Numbered from the stretch's first letter, positions 26,329 to 35,724 are shown. The stretch: 35,789 bases of DNA from an uncultured Bacteriovoracaceae bacterium (GCA_964353605.1 CAYGXB010000001.1:3932-39720), one strand, 5' to 3'. Program-made: numbers and translations. The notes: a model not told the origin generated them from the letters alone.

Positions 26329-26537
26329 AGATCTCCTCCAGGAATTGTTTTCTCCATACATAGCAATTGTCCGCTCTGCAATAACAAAGGTCTGGGAAGG
26401 AAAGAAATCAAGACAGGCAAGGAGAACCCCAGGGATGGGCGGATATGCACTATAGCCGAACAGCATGTTTTTACTAAGAGATTTTCGATAAAGGCCGTTC
26501 ACTTGATCAGAAAACCCGGTCTACCGATACAGAGATC

Positions 26538-28205
26538 ATGAAACTCATATATCTCACCGACATCCACGGCGATTTCGAGAAACTCAAGAGTCTGCTCTCT
26601 GAGACCGTGGCGGATGTATATGTCATTGCCGGCGATCTGATCGACATCCCTTTCTATAGCATGGAGACCTCCATCCGTTACCATGAACTCCAGTACTATT
26701 TCCATGGACTGCGGAGAAGAATGGGAGCGGAAGGGGTGCTGATCGAGGATTTCGTCGACCAGCTCCTGGAAAGCCCCGACGCCTCGGAAGAGATCCAGGA
26801 GAAGGGTACGCGGTACCAACAGTACACCATCCGGGCCCGCCGGGTGATGCAGCAGAAGTACAAGGTGCTGCTCAATATCATATCCATGAAGCAGAATTCG
26901 CGGGTTTTTTGCCTGCCGGGGAATTATGACATGGATCTTAAGTACACCAGCCTCCACGAGCAGGATCTCCATCTGCACTGGTATCAGATAGAAGATCTGA
27001 GGATTTGTGGCTATGGCGGGGCGGAGGTGTGGACGGCTGGAATCCCTGAGCGCTATATCGTGAGATATCAGGCCGGCATGGGAAGAAATGAGAAGCAAAA
27101 TGAGATGTATCACTTCTTCAGGGCGGTGAAACCGCATATCATCGTGACCCATCAGCCGGCATACAGCGTCCACGACCGGATGGCCGCCGGCGGCCCTTTC
27201 GGATCCCCCACCCTGCGTACCTACTGCGATACCAATCCGGTCCTCATGTGCCTGACGGGACATATCCACGATGCCTGGGGGGTCAAACTGGTGGAGGATA
27301 CCCTCTATCTCAACCCGTCTAACTTCGGGGAAGTCACCTCGACCACAGGGGAAGTGTCGGAAGGAGGCTTCTTCTATCAGATTGAGATTGAGGCCGGGAA
27401 GGTTGATGCCATTATATTCAAGAAATTCAGCGATGAGAGGATCTATGACGTCGCCGATTACTACCGCAAAGAGGGGGGATGGGCGGAAGACATTATCGAT
27501 GAGGAAAGGTACGATGCCCTTCAGAGAAGACGGAACTATGACACCCAGGTGGTGAAATACTCCTCCATCCCCGAGATCCAGCTTTTCAAGGAGATCAGGC
27601 AGTTCTACAGGAAGTTCCAGACGGTTGAGACCGACGAGCGGCTGGATAAACTCGAGGAGGTGGTGCATTTCTTTGAGGACAAGATAAAGGGCGATATCGC
27701 CATGGATGTGATGGGTTCCGTAAACATGGGACTTTCCCAGCCTGGTTCAGACATAGATTTTGTCCTCTATCTACGATGCGATGAGGGCTGCGACGTCGGG
27801 TTCGGCCAGTGTAGCTATTTCAAGCATGCACAGGATATGATCAACGGGATATTGGGCAAGAAGTATGATTTTCAAATCATGGACTGTGTTGATCTCAACC
27901 GCGTCGAAAAGAGCATTCGGGAGAAGAACTTCGAATGCGAGACCCTCCAGCGCTTTGTCGCCTACCGCTCCATTTGCCGGCCCATCAATTACCGGATCAT
28001 CGCCCCCATCGAGGACATGCTCGACCAGGATATGGTGTTCCGCAAAGAAGTCGAGGGCAGTATCCAGTCCTACTTTCGGATATTTTCGACCACCTCCCAG
28101 CATGTCAGGTCCCTGAGAAAGTACGAGGCCCGCCTCGATGCCATCGGAATAAAACTGCCCGATTCCATCCGGAGGAAGATAAAGCAGTATCTGCACGAGG
28201 ATTGA
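26538..28205 (+). CDS. Fusion protein: N-terminal calcineurin-like metallophosphoesterase, C-terminal Pol-beta-superfamily nucleotidyltransferase
   Basis: MPE motifs: LTDIHGD, IAGDLID, LPGNYD, VTHQP, TGHIHD. After ~aa 365 comes the NTase signature GSVNMGLSQPGSDIDFVLY, with a later acidic IMDCVD. The SD is weak (AGAGA). Confidence 0.75.
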   Translation: MKLIYLTDIHGDFEKLKSLLSETVADVYVIAGDLIDIPFYSMETSIRYHELQYYFHGLRRRMGAEGVLIEDFVDQLLESPDASEEIQEKGTRYQQYTIRARRVMQQKYKVLLNIISMKQNSRVFCLPGNYDMDLKYTSLHEQDLHLHWYQIEDLRICGYGGAEVWTAGIPERYIVRYQAGMGRNEKQNEMYHFFRAVKPHIIVTHQPAYSVHDRMAAGGPFGSPTLRTYCDTNPVLMCLTGHIHDAWGVKLVEDTLYLNPSNFGEVTSTTGEVSEGGFFYQIEIEAGKVDAIIFKKFSDERIYDVADYYRKEGGWAEDIIDEERYDALQRRRNYDTQVVKYSSIPEIQLFKEIRQFYRKFQTVETDERLDKLEEVVHFFEDKIKGDIAMDVMGSVNMGLSQPGSDIDFVLYLRCDEGCDVGFGQCSYFKHAQDMINGILGKKYDFQIMDCVDLNRVEKSIREKNFECETLQRFVAYRSICRPINYRIIAPIEDMLDQDMVFRKEVEGSIQSYFRIFSTTSQHVRSLRKYEARLDAIGIKLPDSIRRKIKQYLHED

Positions 28206-28573
28206 GCGCAATCCGTAAATCTCAACCCCCATACCCCCGAATCTTGAGAGGGGCTAAATCATTCGGGGGTGATCATAATGACCTAACCCAAACATATTGG
28301 CTGATCTGCTTTGTCCCCGAGGAATACCGCTATGGGCGGATCCCATGGAGGCCGCATGCGTATAGTTTGCTCACAGGAGGTCAGGATTATGGCCACATGG
28401 AGGAAATTTAGTGCTTTGATCTTGAGAAAAACAGTTCTCTTCTCCACGCAAAATATTTACATCTATATTTAAATTCCATAAGTTAAAATTTACTGATCAT
28501 GCGCATGATTATTGCATATTTCATCAATGTAAATGTGTTATTAACAGAAAATATATGGGGAGGTATAAAGCGT

Positions 28574-30571
28574 ATGTGCGCACAATCCAATTATGCTTGC
28601 AATCCTTTCTACCGTATTTCGGCTTTGGAACAAACAGAATATAAATCCAAAACGACTCTTTTACCTGCGCTGATTTTCATCATAATAGCCTCTATACTAG
28701 GGGGATGCTCTCCTGCTCCAAAAAAATATTACCCCCCGGAGAGAACATCCTGGGCCCCAAACGGTGCTCGCACAGTTCCCAGCCTTAATGAAATATTGGG
28801 CAATCCGGTCGAATTTTGGCGGACTATGCACGCCGACACCCTCAATAGCGGGGAGGTTGCCATCGCTGCAGCACCTGTTTTTGAGGCGGGCTGGATTGCA
28901 GAACCCAACATGTTTATTCCGGAAGGGCCTACATTTGATCGCTCAGGCAATATCTATTTTTCTCCGATCTGGCAGGATGTTCTCCTGGTCTCCCTGAATT
29001 CTGACAATGGATCCAGGCGATGGGCGATAGAAGGACATAGTTATGGTGCCGGCGCCCCATTGATCCTTGAAGATCCTGACCATCTGAATGAGCAGATCAT
29101 CTACGCCGCTATCTATGATAGAGCGATAGCGGTGAGGCCTGACGGATCCTTTGTTTGGGATCAGCCGACCGGTCTTGCGGTTACTCCCGACCTCGCGCCG
29201 ACGGATACCCATATATATGGCCTTAATTATGACCAGACGACGGATGCCATCATCGGTCTTTCCGGAGACGGCCATGTATTTACCCTGGATAGGAAAAACG
29301 GCTCGCAACTGCTTTCAACCCCTTTTATCGTGCCCGGTGAAAAATCACCGGCGAACACATCCATTACGATTCCTAGTTCGCTGCTGAAAAGAATGGATGA
29401 TGCACTCGCCCCTTTCATTGGCAGTACAACAGGAGAACTCGGATACAGCCCGTCTCAATTATTGATAAACGTCGCCTTGGGAAATGAGCTCAAGGTCGCC
29501 AATTATTTTTCAGTAGATCCCCATACTGGCCGAATCTGGGTTGTGGCTACTGCACCAGATGCTGAAGACGGTTCCCTTGACGGAGTGTCTGCATACGGTG
29601 CCCTGTACTGCCTGAAACTTATACCTGCTGGGAGTGGCCTCTATACCATAGAGGAAAAATTCCATACTTCATTTGCGGGGGGCTCGGCAACAACGCCGGC
29701 CTTTTCAGCCGATGGAGCACGCGTCTATGTAGGCGACAACTTTGGGAAACTTATTGCCGTTGATGCTTCCGATGGGAGTAAAATCTGGGAGGTGAATCTC
29801 AGCAAACAATTATTTGCCGCTCCCTGTATAGCTTCTGATAAGAATGAAATATACGCGGTGACCACCGAGGCGGTTATTAAAGTTATTGATGAGGGTGCCA
29901 ATGGAGAAGAGATTTGGCGTTCAAAACTGGATATGTATCCTGAGATACTAGGGCTGAAAAATCAAGTTATGCTTTCTGCCGCGGTATGTGCCAATGGCAT
30001 CGCCTTCCATGCTGGCACATGCATGATCATCAACGGCAAACTGCCGGTGCCGTTTGCATTGGGTGTCGGACTCCTCGATCGCGAAACCGGGCAGGTGAGA
30101 TATTTCGCCCAAGGACATGAGGAATCCATCTCCATGACGCCGATTGGACCGGATGGCTGTGTCTACATGGCCCATTCTCCTGTGCGAAGGGCCATTGCAG
30201 TGGCCTTATTCGGCCGACTGGTTCCCCCACTTTCCGGGGGTATTCAGAAATATGCAGCCAAACGGCTGGACCTTTTGATCAGGGATGCTGTGCATGCTGC
30301 TGCCGACCGTGCAAAAAATGTGTCTGACCATGCAGGCAGCTTTTCCGAATCAGTAAAGGAAATTGAAATGAAACAGATCGGGTTACTCATTGACCAGTGC
30401 AGGAGGGCTTCCACTCAGGCCATTGCTGATGGAGATCTATCTCATCAACGGTGGACTGAAATTGATGGCTATCTCACCGGTGCAGAGTCAGCACTCTTAT
30501 CAACACCGCCGGACTTCGCGGCAGTACATCTCAATCTACAGCTGGCAGATAACCTGCTGCCCGACAGATAG
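28574..30571 (+). CDS. PQQ-like beta-propeller lipoprotein with a helical C-terminal tail
   Basis: I prefer ATG 28574 (GGGGAGG upstream). The hydrophobic segment ends in the lipobox ILGGC. Propeller-like blades are present (DGARVYVGDNFGKLIAVDASDGSKIWEV, NEIYAVTTEAVIKVID). The gene is visibly more AT-rich than its neighbours. Confidence 0.65.
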   Translation: MCAQSNYACNPFYRISALEQTEYKSKTTLLPALIFIIIASILGGCSPAPKKYYPPERTSWAPNGARTVPSLNEILGNPVEFWRTMHADTLNSGEVAIAAAPVFEAGWIAEPNMFIPEGPTFDRSGNIYFSPIWQDVLLVSLNSDNGSRRWAIEGHSYGAGAPLILEDPDHLNEQIIYAAIYDRAIAVRPDGSFVWDQPTGLAVTPDLAPTDTHIYGLNYDQTTDAIIGLSGDGHVFTLDRKNGSQLLSTPFIVPGEKSPANTSITIPSSLLKRMDDALAPFIGSTTGELGYSPSQLLINVALGNELKVANYFSVDPHTGRIWVVATAPDAEDGSLDGVSAYGALYCLKLIPAGSGLYTIEEKFHTSFAGGSATTPAFSADGARVYVGDNFGKLIAVDASDGSKIWEVNLSKQLFAAPCIASDKNEIYAVTTEAVIKVIDEGANGEEIWRSKLDMYPEILGLKNQVMLSAAVCANGIAFHAGTCMIINGKLPVPFALGVGLLDRETGQVRYFAQGHEESISMTPIGPDGCVYMAHSPVRRAIAVALFGRLVPPLSGGIQKYAAKRLDLLIRDAVHAAADRAKNVSDHAGSFSESVKEIEMKQIGLLIDQCRRASTQAIADGDLSHQRWTEIDGYLTGAESALLSTPPDFAAVHLNLQLADNLLPDR

Positions 30572-30982
30572 TTTCATGCATTTTTAGAAACTGTGGGCTG
30601 GTCACATGTTTTCATGAAATCCAGGCATATTTTACCCCCTGACCCCACATCCCCCCCCATGTCCCCAGTCTGTACATCCACGAGGGGAGGCAAGCGCAAG
30701 CGGGGTGAAAACAATGCGCTTGTCAAGACCTTTCGGCTGACTGGTCTGCCTTGTCCTCGTGGGGTACCTCTGCGTAAGGATCCCGTTTAAGGCTGCACTC
30801 TCTTCCGCGGATGGCGATGAGCCTTCGGCTATAAGAATCACCCGCCGGGAGAGGGAGCAGAAGTTGTCTTACCATGAGAGTTTGCTCATGCGTATTCCGC
30901 TCGTTCCCATGTTTATGCCAGCCGATGCGTTTACTGGAATTCTCCTGCTTCAGATTTGATATTGGCTATGCCCCCTTGACAA

Positions 30983-31438
30983 ATGCTTTTGCAAGCACAT
31001 CTATGCGAGCAGGTGAGACGAGTAAGGTATGATAATCGACTCAAGAGGGCATTCCTGGTGTTGATTGTATTGCAGGTTGCCCATTCCATCGAGGAATATC
31101 TATTCAAGTTTTACGAGGTCTTCACACCCGCACGGCTTCTCAACGATCTGTTGCCTGGATTCTCTCGTCCAGGCTTCATCGCCTTGAATGTGTTCTTGGT
31201 TTGTTTAGGTCTTTTTTGTTACGCCTATTGGGTTCGTCCCGCAAAGACACAAGCGCGAGTGGCAATCTGGTTTTGGATCGTCATCGAATCGTATAATGCG
31301 ATTGCACATACCGTTTGGGTAATTGCCGGTGCAGGGTACAATCCAGGCTTGATCAGTGCGCTCCTGTTCTTTCCTTTGGCAGGCTATTTGGCATATGGGA
31401 TGCGTCACACCATGATAGTGGTGGGGAATAGACCTTAG
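30983..31438 (+). CDS. HXXEE domain-containing membrane protein
   Basis: VLQVAHSIEEY motif in TM1, about four TM helices, and a second His (YNAIAHTVW). The start codon is uncertain. Confidence 0.65.
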   Translation: MLLQAHLCEQVRRVRYDNRLKRAFLVLIVLQVAHSIEEYLFKFYEVFTPARLLNDLLPGFSRPGFIALNVFLVCLGLFCYAYWVRPAKTQARVAIWFWIVIESYNAIAHTVWVIAGAGYNPGLISALLFFPLAGYLAYGMRHTMIVVGNRP

Positions 31439-31543
31439 TTAATGCTGTCTTACTGGAGATCCTTCACTGGCTCAGGTTGACAAGAAGCAAGGCCATTCCT
31501 TTAGGCACAGTGATAATGCGCAGGCCGATTCTGTACCAGCTAT

Positions 31544-31584
31544 CGGATGGCGATCCTTTTGTCCAAGGGGTGGATCGCCATCCG
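31544..31584. repeat. 13-bp perfect inverted repeat (strong hairpin) in a non-coding region
   Basis: CGGATGGCGATCC (31544-31556) and GGATCGCCATCCG (31572-31584) are separated by the 15-nt loop TTTTGTCCAAGGGGT. No T-run follows on either strand. Confidence 0.7.
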
Positions 31585-31840
31585 TAGAGCGGGCTCAGCT
31601 GCTGCGCAAGCATCACGCAGTGGGGGTTGCGCGACACCTGTAACCCAAGCTGGATGACCATGCCTGCACAGGCCATGACTATGCCCGAGTACGTCTAGCC
31701 CTCTTGTTCCCCGCAGGGTCGGGGTGTGAAGGGAGATCTTTGCCGCATGGTTCAGCCTCAGTGATGACACATTTCCATTGCCTGTGTGGCAGGCTTAACG
31801 TATAAACCAGTTGGAGGGCGGTTGTAGCGTAGAGAGCTAT

Positions 31841-32911
31841 ATGGACGATAGGGCATACATGCGGCAAGCCCTGGCGCTTGCCCGCAAGGGACTGGGAAGA
31901 ACGGCGCCCAACCCGCCGGTGGGGGCTGTTCTCGTCAAGGGTGGCCGCGTGATCGGCGAGGGGTTTCATCCTCAGGCAGGCAAGCCGCATGCCGAGGTCT
32001 GTGCCCTGGATGCCTGCATGGAAGATCCCGCCGGTGCCACACTCTATGTCACCCTCGAGCCGTGCTGCCATTTCGGCAAAACCCCGCCCTGTACGGAAGC
32101 GATCGTCATAACCGGCATCAAGCGGGTGGTGATCGGTGCGCTCGATCCCAACCCCATCATGGCGGGCAAGGGGGTGCAATGCCTGAAGGAGGCGGGGATC
32201 GAGGTCGTCTCGGGGATAGAAGAAGATATGGCCCGGGAGCTGATCACGTGGTATGCGCATTGGATGGAGAAGGGCCGGCCGTATGTGATCGTCAAGGCGG
32301 CCATGACCTTGGATGGGCGCATAGCAGCAGCGAGCGGGGAATCTAAGTGGATCAGCTCGGAGGAGTCGCGCAAGCGGGTGCATGAGTTGCGGAACGAGGT
32401 CGATGCGGTGCTCGTGGGCATCGGCACCGTGCTCAAGGATGACCCGCGGCTCACCTGTCGGATCCCTGGTGGGAGGGACCCATACCGGGTGATCCTCGAC
32501 CCAGACCTCATCATCCCCGCCCATGCGCAGTGCCTCGGCGAAAAGTGCATCATCATCACCGCCGATGATCAGGGAAAAAGACCGATAATCGGGGAGACAG
32601 GGACACGGGTGGTGCGGCTGGTGCCTAACGGACAGGGGTTGTTCGCCTGGCCGGAGATCTGGAAATATTTGGGCGAGCTGGGCCTGCATGCGGTCATGGT
32701 GGAGGGCGGTGGCGGGATTTATACGAGCCTCCTGCAGTCAGGGGCATTCGAGCACCTGCTCATTTTCCTTGCGCCCAAGATCCTCGGGGGCGGGATCCCG
32801 TTTCTGGACTGGGACGCGCCCGAAAAGATTGATTCGGCTGTGCTACTTGTGGTAACCAAGGCGGAGATGATCGGGGGGGACGTACTCGTCCAGGCGCGCA
32901 GGAGGGGATAG
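31841..32911 (+). CDS. ribD: Bifunctional diaminohydroxyphosphoribosylaminopyrimidine deaminase / 5-amino-6-(5-phosphoribosylamino)uracil reductase
   Basis: MDDRAYMRQALALARKGLGRTAPNPPVGAV, HAEVCAL and TLEPCCHFGKTPPC zinc motifs, and a C-terminal reductase domain. Confidence 0.95.
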   Translation: MDDRAYMRQALALARKGLGRTAPNPPVGAVLVKGGRVIGEGFHPQAGKPHAEVCALDACMEDPAGATLYVTLEPCCHFGKTPPCTEAIVITGIKRVVIGALDPNPIMAGKGVQCLKEAGIEVVSGIEEDMARELITWYAHWMEKGRPYVIVKAAMTLDGRIAAASGESKWISSEESRKRVHELRNEVDAVLVGIGTVLKDDPRLTCRIPGGRDPYRVILDPDLIIPAHAQCLGEKCIIITADDQGKRPIIGETGTRVVRLVPNGQGLFAWPEIWKYLGELGLHAVMVEGGGGIYTSLLQSGAFEHLLIFLAPKILGGGIPFLDWDAPEKIDSAVLLVVTKAEMIGGDVLVQARRRG

Positions 32912-33550
32912 ATGTTTACCGGCATCATCGAAGCAGTCGGCAGGATGGTGAGCATGCGGCCCTCTGTCCAGGGTATAGAGCTCGATATCGATGCGGGGTT
33001 CGACCTGAGCAAGGACGCAATCGGCGACAGCATCGCCGTGGACGGGGTCTGCCTCACGGTCACCGCGAAAAAAGGGAGCGTATTCACGGCTACCGTTTCG
33101 AAGGAGACGATCACCTGCTCCACCTTGGGGGCGATGAAGCCGGGTTCGCCCGTCAATATCGAACGGGCGCTCACCCTGAACGCCCGGCTCGGCGGGCACA
33201 TCGTGCTCGGGCATGTGGACACGGCAGCGGCCATCCGGGAAAAGACAAACATCGGCGAGTCGATCCGCTACCGGATTCATTTGGAGAGCACGTATAAGCG
33301 CTACGTGATCGAGAAGGGCTCCATCGCCGTGGACGGGATATCGCTGACAGTCAACGCGCTGAGCCCGGAGGCGTTCGAGCTCAACCTCATCCCCTACTCC
33401 ATCCGATCCACTTCCTTGACAGCCAAGGGGCCTGGTGATAGGGTGAACCTTGAATTCGACGTGATCGGCAAGTATTTGGAAAGATTGCTGGAAAAGGGAG
33501 AGCGGGACAAGGGATTGGAAGATCTCCTGAAGAAACAGGGCTTTATATAG
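32912..33550 (+). CDS. ribE: Riboflavin synthase
   Basis: MFTGIIEAVG..., with a duplicated GDSIAVDGVCLTV / GSIAVDGISLTV barrel motif. Confidence 0.95.
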   Translation: MFTGIIEAVGRMVSMRPSVQGIELDIDAGFDLSKDAIGDSIAVDGVCLTVTAKKGSVFTATVSKETITCSTLGAMKPGSPVNIERALTLNARLGGHIVLGHVDTAAAIREKTNIGESIRYRIHLESTYKRYVIEKGSIAVDGISLTVNALSPEAFELNLIPYSIRSTSLTAKGPGDRVNLEFDVIGKYLERLLEKGERDKGLEDLLKKQGFI

Positions 33551-33598
33551 AGTATATCCGTTGGCCTTCCTGAAGATCCGGGGGGCGGGAGTTAAAAG

Positions 33599-34801
33599 AT
33601 GCCAAGCTGTAAGGTGGAAGAGGCGCTCAAGGAGCTGAAAAAGGGCCGGATGATCATCCTGGTAGATGACGAGGACCGGGAGAATGAGGGCGATCTCACC
33701 ATGGCCGCCGAGTTCGTGACCCCGGAGACCGTCAACTTCATGGCCAAGCACGGACGGGGGCTCATCTGTCTGGCCCTCGAACCGAGAATTGTGGATCAGC
33801 TCGGGCTCGAGCTCATGGTGAAAGACAACCGCAGCCAGTTCGGAACGGGATTCACCGTCTCCATCGAGGCGCGCAAGGGGGTCACCACCGGGATATCCGC
33901 CCACGACCGGGCCACTACCGTCAAGACGGCCATCGCCGCGGATGCCAAGCCGTCCGATATCGTGAGTCCCGGCCACATCTTCCCCCTGCGGGCCAGGGAA
34001 GGCGGGGTGCTGGTCAGGACCGGCCAGACCGAGGGATCGGTCGATCTCTGCCGGATAGCAGGGCTGCGTCCGGCCGCGGTGATCTGCGAGGTCATGAAGG
34101 ATGACGGGACCATGGCCCGACGGCCTAACCTGGAGGTGTTTGCCCGGGAGTTCGGGCTCAAGATCTGCACCATAGCGGACATCATCGCCTACCGCATGCG
34201 CACCGAGATCCTCGTGCGCGAAGTGGTCAGGGCCAAGATGCCCACACACTGGGGCGAATTCGAGCTCGCGGGCTTCGAGAACGATATTGATGGCAAGGAT
34301 CATATCGCCCTGGTCAAGGGCAAGATCACGCATGACGAGCCGGTCCTGGCGCGGGTGCATTCCGAATGTCTAACCGGCGACGTGTTCGGATCGCTGCGCT
34401 GCGACTGTGGGGAGCAGCTCCATAGGGCCATGGAGATGGTGGAGGCAGAGGGCAAGGGCGCGATCGTGTTCATGCGCCAGGAGGGCAGGGGTATAGGGCT
34501 CATGAACAAGCTCAAAGCCTACCACCTCCAGGAAAAGGGCATGGACACAGTGGAAGCGAACGCGAAGCTCGGCTTTGCGCCGGACCTGCGCGATTATGGG
34601 ATCGGGGCCCAGATTCTCGTCTCGCTAGGGGTACGGAAGATGCGGCTCATGACCAATAACCCGAAGAAGATCATCGGGCTGGAGGGCTATGGCCTGGAGA
34701 TCGTGGAGCGGGTGCCGATCGAGATACCGCCGACCGATGAGAATATGAATTACCTGAAGGTGAAGAAGGAAAAGATGGGACATATCCTGGAGGTGGTGTA
34801 G
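33599..34801 (+). CDS. ribBA: Bifunctional 3,4-dihydroxy-2-butanone-4-phosphate synthase / GTP cyclohydrolase II
   Basis: 400 aa. [11 protein letters not shown] (DHBPS) and [18 protein letters not shown] (GCH II zinc site). Confidence 0.95.
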   Translation: MPSCKVEEALKELKKGRMIILVDDEDRENEGDLTMAAEFVTPETVNFMAKHGRGLICLALEPRIVDQLGLELMVKDNRSQFGTGFTVSIEARKGVTTGISAHDRATTVKTAIAADAKPSDIVSPGHIFPLRAREGGVLVRTGQTEGSVDLCRIAGLRPAAVICEVMKDDGTMARRPNLEVFAREFGLKICTIADIIAYRMRTEILVREVVRAKMPTHWGEFELAGFENDIDGKDHIALVKGKITHDEPVLARVHSECLTGDVFGSLRCDCGEQLHRAMEMVEAEGKGAIVFMRQEGRGIGLMNKLKAYHLQEKGMDTVEANAKLGFAPDLRDYGIGAQILVSLGVRKMRLMTNNPKKIIGLEGYGLEIVERVPIEIPPTDENMNYLKVKKEKMGHILEVV

Positions 34802-35266
34802 ATGGCTAGGTTTATCGAAGGGAAGCTGTTAGGGGTTGGCAAGCGGGTCGCCATTGTGGCGAGCAGGTTCAATGAGTTCATCACCGCGCGGCTCATCGAC
34901 GGCGCCATGGATGCCCTGGCACGGCACGGCGTCAATAGCGAGGATGTCGCTATTTTTCGGGTGCCGGGCTCGTTCGAAATCCCCCCGGTGGCCAAGCGGG
35001 TCGTAGGGAGCGGCAAGTTCGATGGAATCATCTGCCTCGGCGCGGTCATCCGGGGCGGTACGCCGCATTTCGATTACATCGCTTCCGAGGTGGCCAAGGG
35101 TGTCGCCCATGCAGCCATGGAGGCCAAGATCCCGGTGATCTTCGGCGTCCTGACCACCGACAGCATCGAGCAGGCCATAGAGCGGGCCGGGGCAAAGGCC
35201 GGCAACAAGGGCTTCGAAGCCGCGATGTCGCTCCTGGAGATGATGGACCTCTATGCCCAGGTCTGA
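34802..35266 (+). CDS. ribH: 6,7-dimethyl-8-ribityllumazine synthase
   Basis: 154 aa. VPGSFEIP and [14 protein letters not shown] motifs. Confidence 0.95.
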   Translation: MARFIEGKLLGVGKRVAIVASRFNEFITARLIDGAMDALARHGVNSEDVAIFRVPGSFEIPPVAKRVVGSGKFDGIICLGAVIRGGTPHFDYIASEVAKGVAHAAMEAKIPVIFGVLTTDSIEQAIERAGAKAGNKGFEAAMSLLEMMDLYAQV

Positions 35267-35274
35267 CCGTTGCC

Positions 35275-35694
35275 ATGAAACTCAGATCACGGGCGCGGGA
35301 GGTAGCGCTACAATACCTGTACCGGGTGGACATTTTGAGTGATCACTCGGATAAAGCTGTCGAGGAGTTCCTGGCCCATTTTGTAGAGGTAGAGGATGAG
35401 AACGTCAAGCCCTATGCGCGGGAACTCATCCAGGGCGTTTTCTCCAACCTCCAGCACATCGATACCCTCATCGGCCGTGCCGCCAAGAACTGGAAGATGA
35501 GCCGCATGTCGAAGACGGACCGCAATATCCTCAGGCTTGCCACATACGAGATCACCTGCCGCACGGATATCCCCTACAAGGTCGTCATCAACGAGGGGGT
35601 GGAGCTCGCCAAGCGCTTCGGGTCGCCCAAGTGCCCCGCCTTTGTCAACGGCGTGCTCGACAAGGTGAGGCTCATGCAGTCACATCCCGATTAA
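35275..35694 (+). CDS. nusB: Transcription antitermination factor NusB
   Basis: RSRAREVALQYLY..., NWKMSRMSKTDRNILRLATYE. It occupies the usual position after ribH. Confidence 0.9.
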   Translation: MKLRSRAREVALQYLYRVDILSDHSDKAVEEFLAHFVEVEDENVKPYARELIQGVFSNLQHIDTLIGRAAKNWKMSRMSKTDRNILRLATYEITCRTDIPYKVVINEGVELAKRFGSPKCPAFVNGVLDKVRLMQSHPD

Positions 35695-35698
35695 AACT

Positions 35699-35724
35699 CA
35701 CCATTTTGCAGAATAGCAAAATTG
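35699..35724 (+). terminator. Possible terminator after nusB
   Basis: CCATTTTGC-AGAATA-GCAAAAT(T)GG hairpin with one bulge, followed by a weak T-containing tract. Confidence 0.3.

Noticed and set aside
26499-27668. 389-aa minus-strand ORF
   Set aside because: It lies antisense to the MPE-NTase gene, whose catalytic motifs are all in the plus frame. The antisense product has no recognisable features.
31464-31676. 70-aa minus-strand ORF in the ribD upstream region
   Set aside because: It has no RBS and no recognisable motif. It is threaded through the large hairpin, so it is probably non-coding.
31440-31840. FMN (RFN) riboswitch expected upstream of the rib operon
   Set aside because: The conserved core segments were not found on either strand. 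Only a weak partial resemblance exists at about 31507-31550. The region is kept as an unassigned structured region in the findings.
31679-32689. 336-aa minus-strand ORF
   Set aside because: It lies antisense to ribD.
32843-34360. 505-aa minus-strand ORF, the longest non-annotated ORF in the window
   Set aside because: It lies antisense to ribE and ribBA, which have unambiguous signatures. The composition is shadow-ORF-like (Arg/Gly/Pro/Asp/His-rich).
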